From: Sphaerochaetaceae bacterium
GTDB taxonomy: Bacteria; Bacillota_I; Bacilli_A; RF39; UBA660
DNA: 64,000 nt
Direction of reading: 5' to 3'
NCBI GenBank assembly: GCA_963609095.1
Contig: CAVDHX010000024.1
Span: 7,126 to 71,125, forward strand
Shown: one piece after another, positions 29,132 to 40,538 of the stretch
Layout of the letters: each line of letters opens with the position of its first letter
Position numbering within the stretch: the first letter of the stretch is position 1
Program-made: the position numbers and the translations under genes
Notes under the pieces: generated by a model
What the model saw: the letters and a program-made list of their open reading frames with translations, nothing else
What the model was told of the DNA's origin: nothing
Database searches by the model: none

Positions 29132-31270
29132 ATGAAAAAAACGTTTGAATTAGATTTTTTTGGAAGAAAGTTAATTGTTGAGACTGGTGAAGTTGCTAAG
29201 CAAGCTGATGGTGCTGTTATTGTTAGATATGGTGATACAGTTGTTTTATCTACAGTAGTTGTTGGTAAGGAAGCTAAGTTACTTTCTGATTTTTTTCCTT
29301 TAATGGTTTTATATCAAGAAAAGTTATATTCTGTTGGTAAAATTCCAGGAGGATTTATTAAAAGAGAAGGTAGACCTAGTGAAGCTGCTACGCTTGCTGC
29401 TCGTATGATAGATAGACCTATGAGGCCTCTTTTTCCTGATGATTTTAGAAATGAGGTACAAATTGTTAATACCATTTTATCAGTTGATCCTGATAATTCG
29501 CCTGAGCTTACTGCGTTATTTGCTTCTTCTTTAGCTACTTCAATTAGTAAGATTCCATTTAATGGTCCGGTTGCTGGAGTTAAGGTTGGTAGGGTTGATG
29601 GTAAATTAGTTATTAATCCAACTGTTTCTGAAGCATTGAATTCTGATATTGATTTAACTGTTGCCGGTACTTTAGATGCTATTAATATGGTTGAATCATC
29701 TGCTAAAGAAGTTGGGGAAGATGATATGTTAGAGGCTTTGATGTTTGGTCATGAAGCTTTGAAAAAGCTTGTTCAATTTGAAAATGATATTGTGAAAGAA
29801 ATTGGCAAAGAAAAAATGGAATATGAAAAATTAGAAATTTCTTCAAAGCTTGAGAAAGAGGTTTCTGATTTAATTGAAAAAGATATTGATGAAGCTTTAA
29901 GAATAAAGGATAAATTAGAAAAATATAATAGGTTAGATGAAATTAAAGAAAATTTAATTAATAGATATAAAGAAGAAAATGAAGATATGAAGCCTGATGA
30001 ATTAGCTCAGCTGATTGCTAAGGTAAATATTATATATGGCAAAGTAGAGTATAATTTATTTAGAAATATTGTTGTTAAAGAAAAGGTAAGAGCTGATGGA
30101 AGGGCTATGGATGAGATTAGACCATTATCTGCTTCTGTTGATTTTTTACCTAGAACTCATGGTTCTGCTTTATTTACAAGGGGACAAACTCAAAGTTTAT
30201 CTGTAACTACATTAGGTGCTTTAGGGGAACATCAAATATTGGATGGTCTTGGATTAGAGGATTCTAAGAGATTTATGCTTCATTATAATTTTCCTCAGTT
30301 TTCTGTTGGTGAGACTGGAAGATATGGAGCTCCTGGTAGAAGAGAAATTGGTCATGGAGCACTTGGTGAGAAAGCTTTATTACAAGTAATTCCTTCTGAA
30401 GAAGAGTTTCCATATACTATTAGGGTTGTTTCTGAAATATTAGAAAGTAATGGTTCATCTTCACAGGCAAGTATTTGTGCGGGATGTATGAGTTTAATGG
30501 CTGCTGGAGTTCCTATAAAAGCACCTGTTGCAGGAATTGCTATGGGTTTAATTACTGCAGGTGATGATTATACTATTTTAACTGATATTCAAGGAATGGA
30601 AGATCATTTAGGTGATATGGATTTTAAGGTAGCTGGAACTAAAGATGGTATTTGTGCTTTGCAGATGGATATTAAAATTAAGGGTATAACTAAAGATATA
30701 TTAAAAGAAGCTTTAAAGCAAGCTAAAAAAGCTAGGTTAGAAGTTTTGAAGGTTATGCTTGATGCGATTGATAGTCCAAGAGATGAAGTTAGTAAATATG
30801 CACCTAAAGTAATGACATTTATGATTAATCCAGATAAGATTAAAGATGTTATTGGTAAAGGTGGAGATATGATTACTAAGATTATTTTAGAATCTAGTCA
30901 TGTTAATAGTGTGAATGATATTAATGCTGTTAAGGTAGATTTAGAGGATGATGGTAGGGTAGTTATATATCATAGCGATAAAGATGTTATTGAAGAAACT
31001 GCTAATAGAATTAAGAATATTGTTAGGGAAGTTGAAGATAATGTAATTTATACTGGTAAGGTTGTTAAGGTTGAAGATTTTGGCTGTTTTGTAGAATTAT
31101 GGCCTGGATGTGAAGGATTAGTTCATGTTTCACAGTTAGATTCTAAAAGAGTTGAAAAACCTTCCGATTTAGTTAAGATTGGTGATGAAATTTTAGTTAA
31201 ATCATTAGGCTATGATAAAAAAGGTAGATTAAATTTATCTAGAAAAGATGCTATAAGTTTAAAAAAATAA
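29132..31270 (+). CDS. pnp: polyribonucleotide nucleotidyltransferase
   Basis: ~712 aa with two RNase PH domains, a KH domain and a C-terminal S1 domain. Confidence 0.92.
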   Translation: MKKTFELDFFGRKLIVETGEVAKQADGAVIVRYGDTVVLSTVVVGKEAKLLSDFFPLMVLYQEKLYSVGKIPGGFIKREGRPSEAATLAARMIDRPMRPLFPDDFRNEVQIVNTILSVDPDNSPELTALFASSLATSISKIPFNGPVAGVKVGRVDGKLVINPTVSEALNSDIDLTVAGTLDAINMVESSAKEVGEDDMLEALMFGHEALKKLVQFENDIVKEIGKEKMEYEKLEISSKLEKEVSDLIEKDIDEALRIKDKLEKYNRLDEIKENLINRYKEENEDMKPDELAQLIAKVNIIYGKVEYNLFRNIVVKEKVRADGRAMDEIRPLSASVDFLPRTHGSALFTRGQTQSLSVTTLGALGEHQILDGLGLEDSKRFMLHYNFPQFSVGETGRYGAPGRREIGHGALGEKALLQVIPSEEEFPYTIRVVSEILESNGSSSQASICAGCMSLMAAGVPIKAPVAGIAMGLITAGDDYTILTDIQGMEDHLGDMDFKVAGTKDGICALQMDIKIKGITKDILKEALKQAKKARLEVLKVMLDAIDSPRDEVSKYAPKVMTFMINPDKIKDVIGKGGDMITKIILESSHVNSVNDINAVKVDLEDDGRVVIYHSDKDVIEETANRIKNIVREVEDNVIYTGKVVKVEDFGCFVELWPGCEGLVHVSQLDSKRVEKPSDLVKIGDEILVKSLGYDKKGRLNLSRKDAISLKK

Positions 31271-31289
31271 TATGAGGTGAGGTGAAAAT

Positions 31290-31649
31290 ATGCGTAAAGA
31301 TTTTTATAGTATACCGGGAAATATTAATATGGTGCTTAATGAAGAAATAAGGTTAAAAAAAAGATTGGAAGAAGAAGTAAAAAATGTAAAATATAAATCA
31401 GTTAAATTATCACATAAATGTTTGTTTGGTGTGGCTGCACAAATGTCAGTTATGGCATATTCTTGTTTAAATGGTATGAGATATGATGGATGTTTGTTAA
31501 CTGGTGTTGGTGCTTTTGCACTTGGAGCATGTGTTCCTAGTTTGATAAAAAAGGTTAGAATTGCTGATAAAGAGTATCAGATTTATTTGGCTAATAAAAA
31601 TATTGAATTTTTAAATAAGAAAAAAGTTAAAATAAAAGAGTATATGTAA
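31290..31649 (+). CDS. hypothetical protein with a central hydrophobic segment
   Basis: 119-aa ORF preceded by an RBS (GAGGTGAGGTGA). Confidence 0.4.
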   Translation: MRKDFYSIPGNINMVLNEEIRLKKRLEEEVKNVKYKSVKLSHKCLFGVAAQMSVMAYSCLNGMRYDGCLLTGVGAFALGACVPSLIKKVRIADKEYQIYLANKNIEFLNKKKVKIKEYM

Positions 31650-31816
31650 GATTATACTTTTTTATAGTTGAAAAGAATTTAAATTTTATAAATAATAATT
31701 GTAAATAAATGTTTGATTGTTAAAAGGAAACATTTATTTCTTTTTTATTGTGAAAAAATGTTGAAAAATAAGAATAATCGTGTTATATTAATGGCGTGTT
31801 TTTTTAGGGGGATAGT

Positions 31817-33655
31817 ATGACAATAGAAAATTTAAAAATAACTAGTGCTTTGTCTAATGTTACACGTTTAAAATTGGAACGTAATCAAGAAGACTTTCAA
31901 GGTTATCCTTGTGTTGATAAACCTTGGGAACAATATTATGAAGGATATATTTCTGATTTAAAAAATACAAGAACTGTATATCAAGAAATTGTTCATAATA
32001 ATATTGATTATCCGAAGGATATTGCTTTAGAATTTTTTAAGTCTAAAATTAGTTATCGTAGTTTTTTTAATAATGTAGATTCTGCTGCAAAGTCGTTTAA
32101 GGAATATGGTGTAAAAAAAGGTGACTTTGTTACTATTTGTATGCCTGGATTACCTGAAACGGCATATAGCTTTTATGCTCTTTCAAAGATAGGTGCAATT
32201 GCAAATATGATAACTCCTTTTTTTGGCTCTAATGAAAATTTAATTAAAAGAATTGAGGATTGCGAGAGCGATGTTTTGATTGTAATGGATAGTTTTTATG
32301 ATGAAATTAAAGATGCCATTAAAAAATCATGTATTAAAAATGTAGTTATTGTACCAACTTTGAATTCATCTATATTTGGTTTATTTGCAAAAAAATACAA
32401 TCTTGAAAAAGGGAGTAATGAACTTTATTGGAATTCTTTCATCAAAGATGGTAAAAAACGTGCTGTACCAGATACTGTTGAGTATGAACCAAATATGCCA
32501 GTTGTAATGATGTGTACAAGTGCATCTACTAGTAAATCACCAAAAGGAGTTTTGCTTTCAAATGATAGTATTCAAAATTCAATTCAATCTTATCCTGCAT
32601 TAGGTGTTGATTTAACTAGAAAACAAAAGTTTTATCAAATTATTCCTATGTGGTGTTCTACAGGGTTAATAACTTGTCTTCATCTTCCATTGGCTTATGG
32701 AACAACTGTGTTTATGGATCCAAGGGTTAATCGTGAAGTGTTTGTTAAAAATATTATAAAAAATAAACCTAATTATGTTGTTGGCACTACTAGTATGTTT
32801 GAAGGATTTTTATATGATGAGTTGGTTGGTAATAGTGATTTATCTCATTTTAATTATCCATTTGAAGGTGGGGAGTATTTGAGTCCTGATGTTGCAAGAC
32901 AAATAAATGAGGTTTTTGAAAAACATGGCAGCAAAGCTAAAATGGGTGCTGCATATGGGCAGTGTGAATGTGGTGCTGCTATAACTTCTCAAACGCAGAA
33001 AGTTAATCATGAAAATGGCTCTGTAGGTATTCCACTTCCTGGAGTTTTGATTAATGCTTTTGATGAAAACAATAATAAACTATCTTATTATGAACCTGGT
33101 GAAATTTATGCTCATACTCCATGTGGTATGCTTGAATATTTTAAAGAACCAGAAAAGACTAAATCATATTTTTATATTGATGAAGATGGTATTAAATGGA
33201 ATCGTACTGGAGATATTGGATATATTGATGAAAATGGTGAATTATTTATTTTAGGTAGAGATAGTGATAATTCTATTATTAATGGGCATAAAATATATAA
33301 TTTTGAGGTTGAAAATACTATTATGAATCTTGATGAAATTAAAATGTGTGAAGTATTCGGTATGGAAAAAGATGATTCTAATAACTTGCTTGCTCATATC
33401 ATTTTTACTGATGAATTTGCTTTATCATTAACTGAAGATAGTTTAAATGATGAATTAAAGAAAATTCAAGATTATATTTATGAAGTAACTGAAAATAAGT
33501 ATATGGTTCCTACTGTTTTTAAAATTAGAAAGAGTTTTCCTTATACAAAGGGAAGCAAAAGAGATTTATTTAAAATGAAAGAAGAGGAAGATGGATTTAT
33601 TTATATGGGTGAATATGTTCCTACTAAGGTAAAAAAATTAACATTAAATCATTAA
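31817..33655 (+). CDS. AMP-dependent synthetase/ligase (acyl-CoA synthetase-like adenylating enzyme)
   Basis: 612 aa. Has a divergent AMP-binding P-loop (TSASTSKSPKGV), a YGQCE-like motif, and C-terminal RTGDIG. Confidence 0.7.
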   Translation: MTIENLKITSALSNVTRLKLERNQEDFQGYPCVDKPWEQYYEGYISDLKNTRTVYQEIVHNNIDYPKDIALEFFKSKISYRSFFNNVDSAAKSFKEYGVKKGDFVTICMPGLPETAYSFYALSKIGAIANMITPFFGSNENLIKRIEDCESDVLIVMDSFYDEIKDAIKKSCIKNVVIVPTLNSSIFGLFAKKYNLEKGSNELYWNSFIKDGKKRAVPDTVEYEPNMPVVMMCTSASTSKSPKGVLLSNDSIQNSIQSYPALGVDLTRKQKFYQIIPMWCSTGLITCLHLPLAYGTTVFMDPRVNREVFVKNIIKNKPNYVVGTTSMFEGFLYDELVGNSDLSHFNYPFEGGEYLSPDVARQINEVFEKHGSKAKMGAAYGQCECGAAITSQTQKVNHENGSVGIPLPGVLINAFDENNNKLSYYEPGEIYAHTPCGMLEYFKEPEKTKSYFYIDEDGIKWNRTGDIGYIDENGELFILGRDSDNSIINGHKIYNFEVENTIMNLDEIKMCEVFGMEKDDSNNLLAHIIFTDEFALSLTEDSLNDELKKIQDYIYEVTENKYMVPTVFKIRKSFPYTKGSKRDLFKMKEEEDGFIYMGEYVPTKVKKLTLNH

Positions 33656-33775
33656 TTAAATGTGCTGGATATTTATATTTTTATAAATTCAGCATTTTTA
33701 TTTTGTATTTTTTCTTTGATTAAATGACTTTTTATTAGAAATTTGATACAATGTTTATAGTAAAGGTGTGATGAT

Positions 33776-35584
33776 ATGGTTTTAACTAATTTAACTTTTT
33801 TAATTCTTTTTAGTATTTTTTATGTAGTAGGTATTTCATATTTGTATTTTAAAAAGATGAATATAAATAGTAAAGAAAAAAAAATATATGCTGCAATGCT
33901 TATATTTAATTTAATTGGTCTTTTTCTACAATTGCTTTGTTCGTTTGTATCAGAAAAATATGAGGTTATACCAATTATTATTAGTAATTTGACTTTAAAG
34001 GCTTTGCCCGTATATTTTGTTGTTTGGATATCATTAATGTTTTTATATTTGATTGAAATAACGTTTAAAGATAATAATAAATTAACTTTTTTGACTGTTG
34101 TCATTTCTATTATAACATCTATTATTATTGTTTTATCACCTTTTGAATTATATAGAAATGTTATGGAGTCTGTCTATTATGTTCATGGGTTAGCTACTAA
34201 TATTACATTTATTTATTCAATGGTTTTAAGTGTTTTAATGACTTTAATATTAATTATTAAACATAATAGCATTGATGTGAAAAAATCAATGCCTATTTGG
34301 CTTTTTCTTGTTTTAGGTATTGTTATGATGATTATTCAAATGATAAATCAAAGTTTAGTTATTACTGTTGCGGTTGAAAGTTTAGTTTGCTGTCTTATGT
34401 ATTTTACTATTGAAAATCCTGAGATTCAGTTGTTAAGTGAACTTTATAAAAATAAAAAATTAATTGAAAAGGCTAATGAGGATACATCTAATTTCTTATT
34501 TAAAATGACACAAGATATTAAAAGGCCTGTAAAAGAAATAATTGAAATTAGTAAAAATATGGAAGAACTTGATAATATTTCTGATTTAAAAATATCTGCT
34601 AAAGAAATTAATAATAAATCTATTGATGTTGATTATTTAATAAATGATGCTTTAGATGTTTCAAATATGAACACTAGAACTTTAAAAATATATGATAGTA
34701 GATATAATCCTGTTAATCTTTTTAAAGAAGTTGAATATCGTTTTGAAAATGATTTGGATAAAAATGTTAAATTTACTTTTGAAATGAGTAAGGCAATACC
34801 GAGTTATTTGTATGGTGATTCAATTAAGTTAAAGCAAGTTATAAATTCACTTTTAAATAACGCTAAAGATCATACTTCATCTGGTGAAATTGTTATGTCG
34901 GTAAGTGGACTTGTTAAATATGGTATTTGTCGTTTAATTATTGATGTTACTGATACTGGTAAAGGTATGAGTATTGAAACGGTTAATGAAATTTTAAGTT
35001 TAAATAGTGAACAACTTTCTAAAATTAATCTGCATAATCGTGATGGTGAAATATTAAAATTAAAGGAAGTTAAAAAATTAGTTACACTTTTAGGCGGTAA
35101 TATGATGGTCAAGAGTGAAGAAGGTAAAGGTACTACTGTTAATATAGTTTTAGATCAAAAGATTGTTGAAACAAAAGAAACAGAAATATCTAAGAAACTT
35201 GAAAATTATGAACAAACTCTTTATAAAAATAAAAAAGTTATGGTTGTAGATGATGATGCTAAAGAGCTTGCTAGAATAACAACATATTTAGAAGTTCATG
35301 ATGCTGATGTAAGTGGTTCTTTGTTTGGTAGAGATTGTATTGAAAAAATTTCTTCTAATGTTAAGTATGATTTAATATTATTGGATGATGAAACATCTAC
35401 TTATAGTGCGTTAGAAGTTTTAAAGGAATTAAAGAGAAACAAGAAATTTAATACACCTGTTGTTGTTTTGATTAATGATAATAAGGAATTTATTAAACTT
35501 CATTATCTTCAAGACGGATTTGCTGATTGTGTAATGAAATCAAAACTAGAAAGTGAAATAAATAGAATAATGAAAAGGTTTTAA
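33776..35584 (+). CDS. hybrid sensor histidine kinase: multi-TM sensor, HisKA-like, HATPase_c, C-terminal receiver
   Basis: Six or more N-terminal TM helices; N-box LLNNAKDHT; G1 DTGKGMS; G2 GGNMMVKSEEGKGTT; receiver VMVVDDD...LILLDD. The H-box reads MTQDIKRPV, with Gln where the phospho-His is expected. Confidence 0.7.
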   Translation: MVLTNLTFLILFSIFYVVGISYLYFKKMNINSKEKKIYAAMLIFNLIGLFLQLLCSFVSEKYEVIPIIISNLTLKALPVYFVVWISLMFLYLIEITFKDNNKLTFLTVVISIITSIIIVLSPFELYRNVMESVYYVHGLATNITFIYSMVLSVLMTLILIIKHNSIDVKKSMPIWLFLVLGIVMMIIQMINQSLVITVAVESLVCCLMYFTIENPEIQLLSELYKNKKLIEKANEDTSNFLFKMTQDIKRPVKEIIEISKNMEELDNISDLKISAKEINNKSIDVDYLINDALDVSNMNTRTLKIYDSRYNPVNLFKEVEYRFENDLDKNVKFTFEMSKAIPSYLYGDSIKLKQVINSLLNNAKDHTSSGEIVMSVSGLVKYGICRLIIDVTDTGKGMSIETVNEILSLNSEQLSKINLHNRDGEILKLKEVKKLVTLLGGNMMVKSEEGKGTTVNIVLDQKIVETKETEISKKLENYEQTLYKNKKVMVVDDDAKELARITTYLEVHDADVSGSLFGRDCIEKISSNVKYDLILLDDETSTYSALEVLKELKRNKKFNTPVVVLINDNKEFIKLHYLQDGFADCVMKSKLESEINRIMKRF

Positions 35585-35609
35585 GCCTTTTTTTGAAAGG
35601 AAGAAAATT

Positions 35610-36932
35610 ATGTATAATAATAAAAAAATATTTATTTTAGGAATGGGAAAAAGTGGTGTTAGTGTTGCAAAGTTGCTTGCTAAAGATAATCAAGTATTAG
35701 TTACTGATATTAAGTGTGATAACAAAGAAGTTATTTCAAATTTAAATGAACTTGGTGTTAATGTAATTATAACTAAAAAACAAGAAGATATTTTTGATGA
35801 TAGTTATGATTTAGTTGTTAAAAATCCTGGTGTTAGGTTGGATCATCCTGTTATTTTAAAGGCAAATGAATATGGTATTCCTGTAGTTACTGAATTGGAA
35901 GTTGCTTATGGATATTTACCTAATGTAAAAATTGTTGGAATAACTGGTTCAAATGGCAAAACAACAACAACTACAATTATATATGATATTTTAAAGATGG
36001 CTAAATTGCCAGTTCATTTAGCGGGTAATATTGGTTATCCTTTATGTGATCAAATTGGTGATATTAATGATGGCGATATTTTAGTTATTGAAATTTCTTC
36101 ACATCAATTAGCTAATTTTGATAAGTTTAAGGTTGATATTGCGGTTTTAACTAATTTATGTCCTGTTCATTTAGATCATTTTGGTAATTATGATAATTAT
36201 AAAAATACTAAGTTGCGTATATTTAATCATCAAGGTAATAATGATATTGCTATTATAAATAAATCTGATGAGGAGGTATATAAAAGAACCTTAAATTTAA
36301 ATAGCAGGAAATTATATTTTTCTTCTGAAAGTGATGCGGATATATGTATTAAAAATGATTTCATTGTTTACAATGGTGAAAGGATTGTAGAACTTTCTGA
36401 TATTAGAGTAAAAGGAATGCATAATTATGAAAATATTATGGCTGCAATATTAGTTAGTAAGCAATTTGGAGTTTCTAATTTAGTTATTAAAGAGGTTTTA
36501 AACAATTTTGCTGGTGTTGAGCACAGATTAGAATTTGTTACTAGAAAAAATGGGAGAGAATTTTATAATGATTCAAAGGCAACTAATGTAGATTCTACTA
36601 TTACTGCTTTAAAATCATTTAAAAATAATGTTATTTTACTTTTAGGCGGATTAGATAGAGGTCATAGTTTTGAGCCTTTAAAGCCTTATTTAAATTGTGT
36701 TAAGCATGTTGTTTGTTTTGGGCAGACAAAAGAAAGAATAAAAGAATTTTGTTTAAAAAATAATATTGATGTTACTGTAGTTGATAGTATTGAGGAAGCT
36801 ACAAAAGCTGCCTATAATATTTCTGATGAAGAAGATACTATTTTGCTAAGTCCTGCATGTGCGAGTTGGGATCAATATGATCATTTTGAACAACGTGGTG
36901 AAGAATTTAAAAAGGTTGTTAATGAACTTTAA
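35610..36932 (+). CDS. murD: UDP-N-acetylmuramoylalanine--D-glutamate ligase
   Basis: Mur ligase with ATP site GITGSNGKTTTT and the MurD N- and C-terminal domains. Confidence 0.9.
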   Translation: MYNNKKIFILGMGKSGVSVAKLLAKDNQVLVTDIKCDNKEVISNLNELGVNVIITKKQEDIFDDSYDLVVKNPGVRLDHPVILKANEYGIPVVTELEVAYGYLPNVKIVGITGSNGKTTTTTIIYDILKMAKLPVHLAGNIGYPLCDQIGDINDGDILVIEISSHQLANFDKFKVDIAVLTNLCPVHLDHFGNYDNYKNTKLRIFNHQGNNDIAIINKSDEEVYKRTLNLNSRKLYFSSESDADICIKNDFIVYNGERIVELSDIRVKGMHNYENIMAAILVSKQFGVSNLVIKEVLNNFAGVEHRLEFVTRKNGREFYNDSKATNVDSTITALKSFKNNVILLLGGLDRGHSFEPLKPYLNCVKHVVCFGQTKERIKEFCLKNNIDVTVVDSIEEATKAAYNISDEEDTILLSPACASWDQYDHFEQRGEEFKKVVNEL

Positions 36933-36947
36933 TTTGTTATAGAAAAC

Positions 36948-36980
36948 ACATAAAATTTAAAATTATGTGTTTTATTGTAT
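36948..36980. terminator. bidirectional Rho-independent terminator
   Basis: aacacataa-aatttaaaa-ttatgtgtt, flanked by A- and T-runs. Confidence 0.5.
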
Positions 36981-37027
36981 AGTGATCATTATAAAAATTT
37001 ACAATATAAAAGATATATGTTATTATT

Positions 37028-38884
37028 ATGATAGTGGAGGGTGTGAAGGTGAGAAAAGCAAAATATTTATTTTTAACGATATTATTGTTTATGTTTTGTT
37101 CATGTAATGTAATTGCTGAAACTATTAACAATACTTCTAATATTGTATGGAAAGATAGTGATAAATCTAATTCGATTAATGTTGGTGATGAAGTGTCGGT
37201 AGTTTATAAAACTGGAGCATCTGATTTCAATGTTACACAGCAGTTTTATGTTTTAAAAAATGAAGGTAAATATACATATTTATTTTCAAAGTATAATTTA
37301 AATGTTGGTACATATAAAACAAATTCTGATGTCAATATTGGTATAACGGCACCATCTATTAAAGCATGGGTTGGTTATGATGTGGAAAATTATGGACCTG
37401 TAACGCAAGAAGAAATGACAAATAGTTTAAATACTTGGTTAAATGATTATAAAAATGAATTGAAAAATAATTATAATTTAAATGTTGAAAATGTTTTCTT
37501 ATTATCAAGGGAAGATGCTATAAATTATTTGCTATTGACATCGTCTGATGAAAATATGGCATATAAATATAATAATGATAAATATGGAAATACATCTTAT
37601 TGGCTTAATGATATGTATGACTCTTCAAGTAGATATTTTATTAATGGTTCAGATAATACAATAAGTAAACAAGCAGATGGATATTCTGGAATAAGACCGG
37701 TTGTAAAAGTTCAAACAAAATATTTGAATGGAATCAATATTAATTATGTAAAACCACAAAATATATCATTATCTAAAAACGATTTATGTTTAATGATTGA
37801 TAATTTAAAGCAATGTTTTACATTTCTTAAAAAGGGAGAAGATAATACTAATTATTATTTGGCTAATTATAATTTAAATGTTGGATATTATTATAATCAA
37901 GCTAAAAAAATTGGAATTCAAGATTCCTCTATTAGGGCATGGGTTGATGATTCAACACCAAATTATGGTAGAGTTTCTTATAAAACTTCGACTGTATATT
38001 TTCAAGATTATAAAGATAGAATATTTAATAGTGGGTATAATATTTTATCAATTAATTATTTAAGTAAAAAGGATGCTGAAGAAGCTTATTCATTAAATCA
38101 TTTTGTTGCTGATGGTTCATATTCGATTACAACTGCTTTTAATGATAAAAATGCCTTGTTATATGCAAATACAACTTATTGGTTAAAAGATGGATATAAT
38201 GAAGGGTATAATTATTATATTAACTCTGAAAATAAAATTGGAGTTGCAAATGATGTATCTGGACTTAGGCCAGTAATTCAGTTAGCTGCTTTAGATGTAA
38301 CTAATTCGAAAAAATTTAATAATGGTAATGTTAAATACAATAAGAATGATTCAACTATTAGTGTTTATCCGGATGAAGGATATGAACTCGATAAATTATA
38401 TATTCTTAATTCTAATGGAGAATATTTAAATTATACAAAAGTAAAAACAAATGTTTATAAATTTACAGAAGGAAATTGGAGTGTAAATATATCAGCTACA
38501 TTTAAAGCAAAAAAATATGAAATTATAAATGGAATTAATCAAATATTTAAGAATAATTCTTTAGAATTTGAATTGAATGCTCCAGATAATATGATTAGTA
38601 ATATATATATTAATAATAATCTTTTAGATAGTAAGTATTTTAAAATTATTGATAAAAAAATAATTTTAGATAAAGACTATTTAACTACATTGAAAGAAGG
38701 AACTCATAGTTTAAAAATAACTTATAAAAATGATACTTTTAATGAAACTAATTTTATTATAAAAAATAATTTAAATGAGGAAAATCCAAATACAAATGAT
38801 TCAGTAATTTATTATATTGTTTTAATATTTGTGTCGTTTGTATTATGTGTATTATTTAGAAAAAACAAATTTTTAAAGGGTTAA
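37028..38884 (+). CDS. large secreted repeat protein with signal peptide and C-terminal TM anchor
   Basis: 618 aa with N-terminal signal YLFLTILLFMFCSCNVIA. Two copies of a ~90-aa module occur (YNLNVG...AWV...NYG; NT(S/T)YWL...SG(I/L)RPV). The C-terminal helix is VIYYIVLIFVSFVLCVLF. A GTG start at 37049 is possible. Confidence 0.55.
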   Translation: MIVEGVKVRKAKYLFLTILLFMFCSCNVIAETINNTSNIVWKDSDKSNSINVGDEVSVVYKTGASDFNVTQQFYVLKNEGKYTYLFSKYNLNVGTYKTNSDVNIGITAPSIKAWVGYDVENYGPVTQEEMTNSLNTWLNDYKNELKNNYNLNVENVFLLSREDAINYLLLTSSDENMAYKYNNDKYGNTSYWLNDMYDSSSRYFINGSDNTISKQADGYSGIRPVVKVQTKYLNGININYVKPQNISLSKNDLCLMIDNLKQCFTFLKKGEDNTNYYLANYNLNVGYYYNQAKKIGIQDSSIRAWVDDSTPNYGRVSYKTSTVYFQDYKDRIFNSGYNILSINYLSKKDAEEAYSLNHFVADGSYSITTAFNDKNALLYANTTYWLKDGYNEGYNYYINSENKIGVANDVSGLRPVIQLAALDVTNSKKFNNGNVKYNKNDSTISVYPDEGYELDKLYILNSNGEYLNYTKVKTNVYKFTEGNWSVNISATFKAKKYEIINGINQIFKNNSLEFELNAPDNMISNIYINNNLLDSKYFKIIDKKIILDKDYLTTLKEGTHSLKITYKNDTFNETNFIIKNNLNEENPNTNDSVIYYIVLIFVSFVLCVLFRKNKFLKG

Positions 38885-38962
38885 GGAAAACGTAATAGTT
38901 TTCCTTTTATCATAGATTGACAACGGTTTATTCTGTTTATATAATTATGGTAGGAGGAGCTT

Positions 38963-39748
38963 ATGAAAAATAAAAATGTGAAAAAATATATTAAATTGGG
39001 ATTTTTTGCTATTATTTTTATTGGAATATATATTGCATTCGCACTTTTAGTAGGAAATAGCAATAAAGTTAATTCAAATAATTTTTTGATAATAAATAGT
39101 TCAATTATATGGCATGAAAAAGGTGGAAAGTGGTATCAGGAATCGGAATTTAAAGAAAATTTTGGTAACCATAAATTTATTGGATATAATAATATGGATG
39201 AATTTACGGCAACTAACGTACAATATAATAAATTTAAATGGTATTTATTTGATGACAATTATAATCAGGTAAGTAATGATGATTTTAGATTGGCTTATAG
39301 TGGAAATATAAAGGTAAAACCGGTTAATTATATTATAAGTAGTTATAGTGCTAGTGATGACATAGTGCTTGATAATAATATTAAATATGAAAATCAAAAA
39401 GCTGAAAAGAAAATTAAAGGTTCATTGACAAAATATTTGTATGATTTTGATGGTGATGGTAAAATGGAAGCACTATATTTGACATCTACATTTTCGTTAA
39501 TTGCAGAAGATTATAAATCATATTCATATTTATTTTATGTAAAGGATGGAAAGGTTTTGGATAAGAAAGTAGATTCAGCAACTTCATATGGTATAACGGA
39601 TATAATAGATATAAATGAAGATAATAAATATGAAATAATAGTTAATAGAAATGTTTTAGATAATCCTACTTTAGATGCTTGTTATCAAATATACAATATA
39701 GAAAATAATAAAATAACATTAGTTCAAAATTGTTTATATAATAAGTAA
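38963..39748 (+). CDS. hypothetical N-terminally anchored extracytoplasmic protein
   Basis: 261 aa with a TM helix at residues 12-32. Has a DFDGDGKME calcium-binding-like motif. Confidence 0.45.
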   Translation: MKNKNVKKYIKLGFFAIIFIGIYIAFALLVGNSNKVNSNNFLIINSSIIWHEKGGKWYQESEFKENFGNHKFIGYNNMDEFTATNVQYNKFKWYLFDDNYNQVSNDDFRLAYSGNIKVKPVNYIISSYSASDDIVLDNNIKYENQKAEKKIKGSLTKYLYDFDGDGKMEALYLTSTFSLIAEDYKSYSYLFYVKDGKVLDKKVDSATSYGITDIIDINEDNKYEIIVNRNVLDNPTLDACYQIYNIENNKITLVQNCLYNK

Positions 39749-39771
39749 ATTTTCTTTGAATATAATGTAAT

Positions 39772-40527
39772 ATGAATAAAATACATTTGAAAAAAAGTAA
39801 AAAATTATTACATGTAAAATTGATTAATTTGATTGCTTTTTTTATTATATTATTTTTAATTTTTGTTTATTTTATTTTTTGTTATATAAAAAAGGCAATA
39901 ATGCCCTCTATATTTAAATATGGAAGTATTGAAGCTAAAAAATTTTCTAGTATCATTGTTAATGATGCGGTTGATAAATATATTTCGAAGCAAATAGATG
40001 TTGATAAAATATTTAATATAGTATATGATAAAAATAATGAAATTAAGTCTATTGATTTAAATACAAATTTAGTAAATTCTTATTTAGTTCAAGCAACTAA
40101 AAGCATTCAAAAAAATTTAAAATATATTGAAATGGGTCAAATAGATAAAGTGGAGTATAAAGTTGGTTTATTAGATACATATGAAAGAAAGAATTTGAAA
40201 AAAGGAATAATATTTTATTTGAATACTGGTTTTATTTTTAATAATCCAATATTTTCAAATTTTGGTAATCAGATTCCAATAAAATTAGCTTTAACAGGAG
40301 ATATAGTTAGTAATATAAAAACTGAAATTGAAAATTATGGAATTAATAATGCATTAATAAAAGTTTATGTAAATTTAAAAATGTCGCAGCAAATTATACT
40401 GCCTTTTTATAGTAAAGATATAGTTTTGAAGTCAAAAATACCTATTGCTATGAAGATGGTTACTGGGAATGTTCCTAGTTATTATGGAAATTTGAATACT
40501 TCTTCAATAAGTATTCCAAATAATTAA
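39772..40527 (+). CDS. yunB: YunB-like sporulation protein
   Basis: ~250 aa with a single N-terminal TM helix; adjacent to a YutD-like gene. Confidence 0.45.
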   Translation: MNKIHLKKSKKLLHVKLINLIAFFIILFLIFVYFIFCYIKKAIMPSIFKYGSIEAKKFSSIIVNDAVDKYISKQIDVDKIFNIVYDKNNEIKSIDLNTNLVNSYLVQATKSIQKNLKYIEMGQIDKVEYKVGLLDTYERKNLKKGIIFYLNTGFIFNNPIFSNFGNQIPIKLALTGDIVSNIKTEIENYGINNALIKVYVNLKMSQQIILPFYSKDIVLKSKIPIAMKMVTGNVPSYYGNLNTSSISIPNN

Positions 40528-40538
40528 GGGGGGAAGTT

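Noticed and set aside
31650-31816. Possible riboswitch upstream of the AMP-ligase gene
   Set aside because: No recognisable conserved riboswitch core. It looks like an AT-rich spacer with only a weak hairpin.
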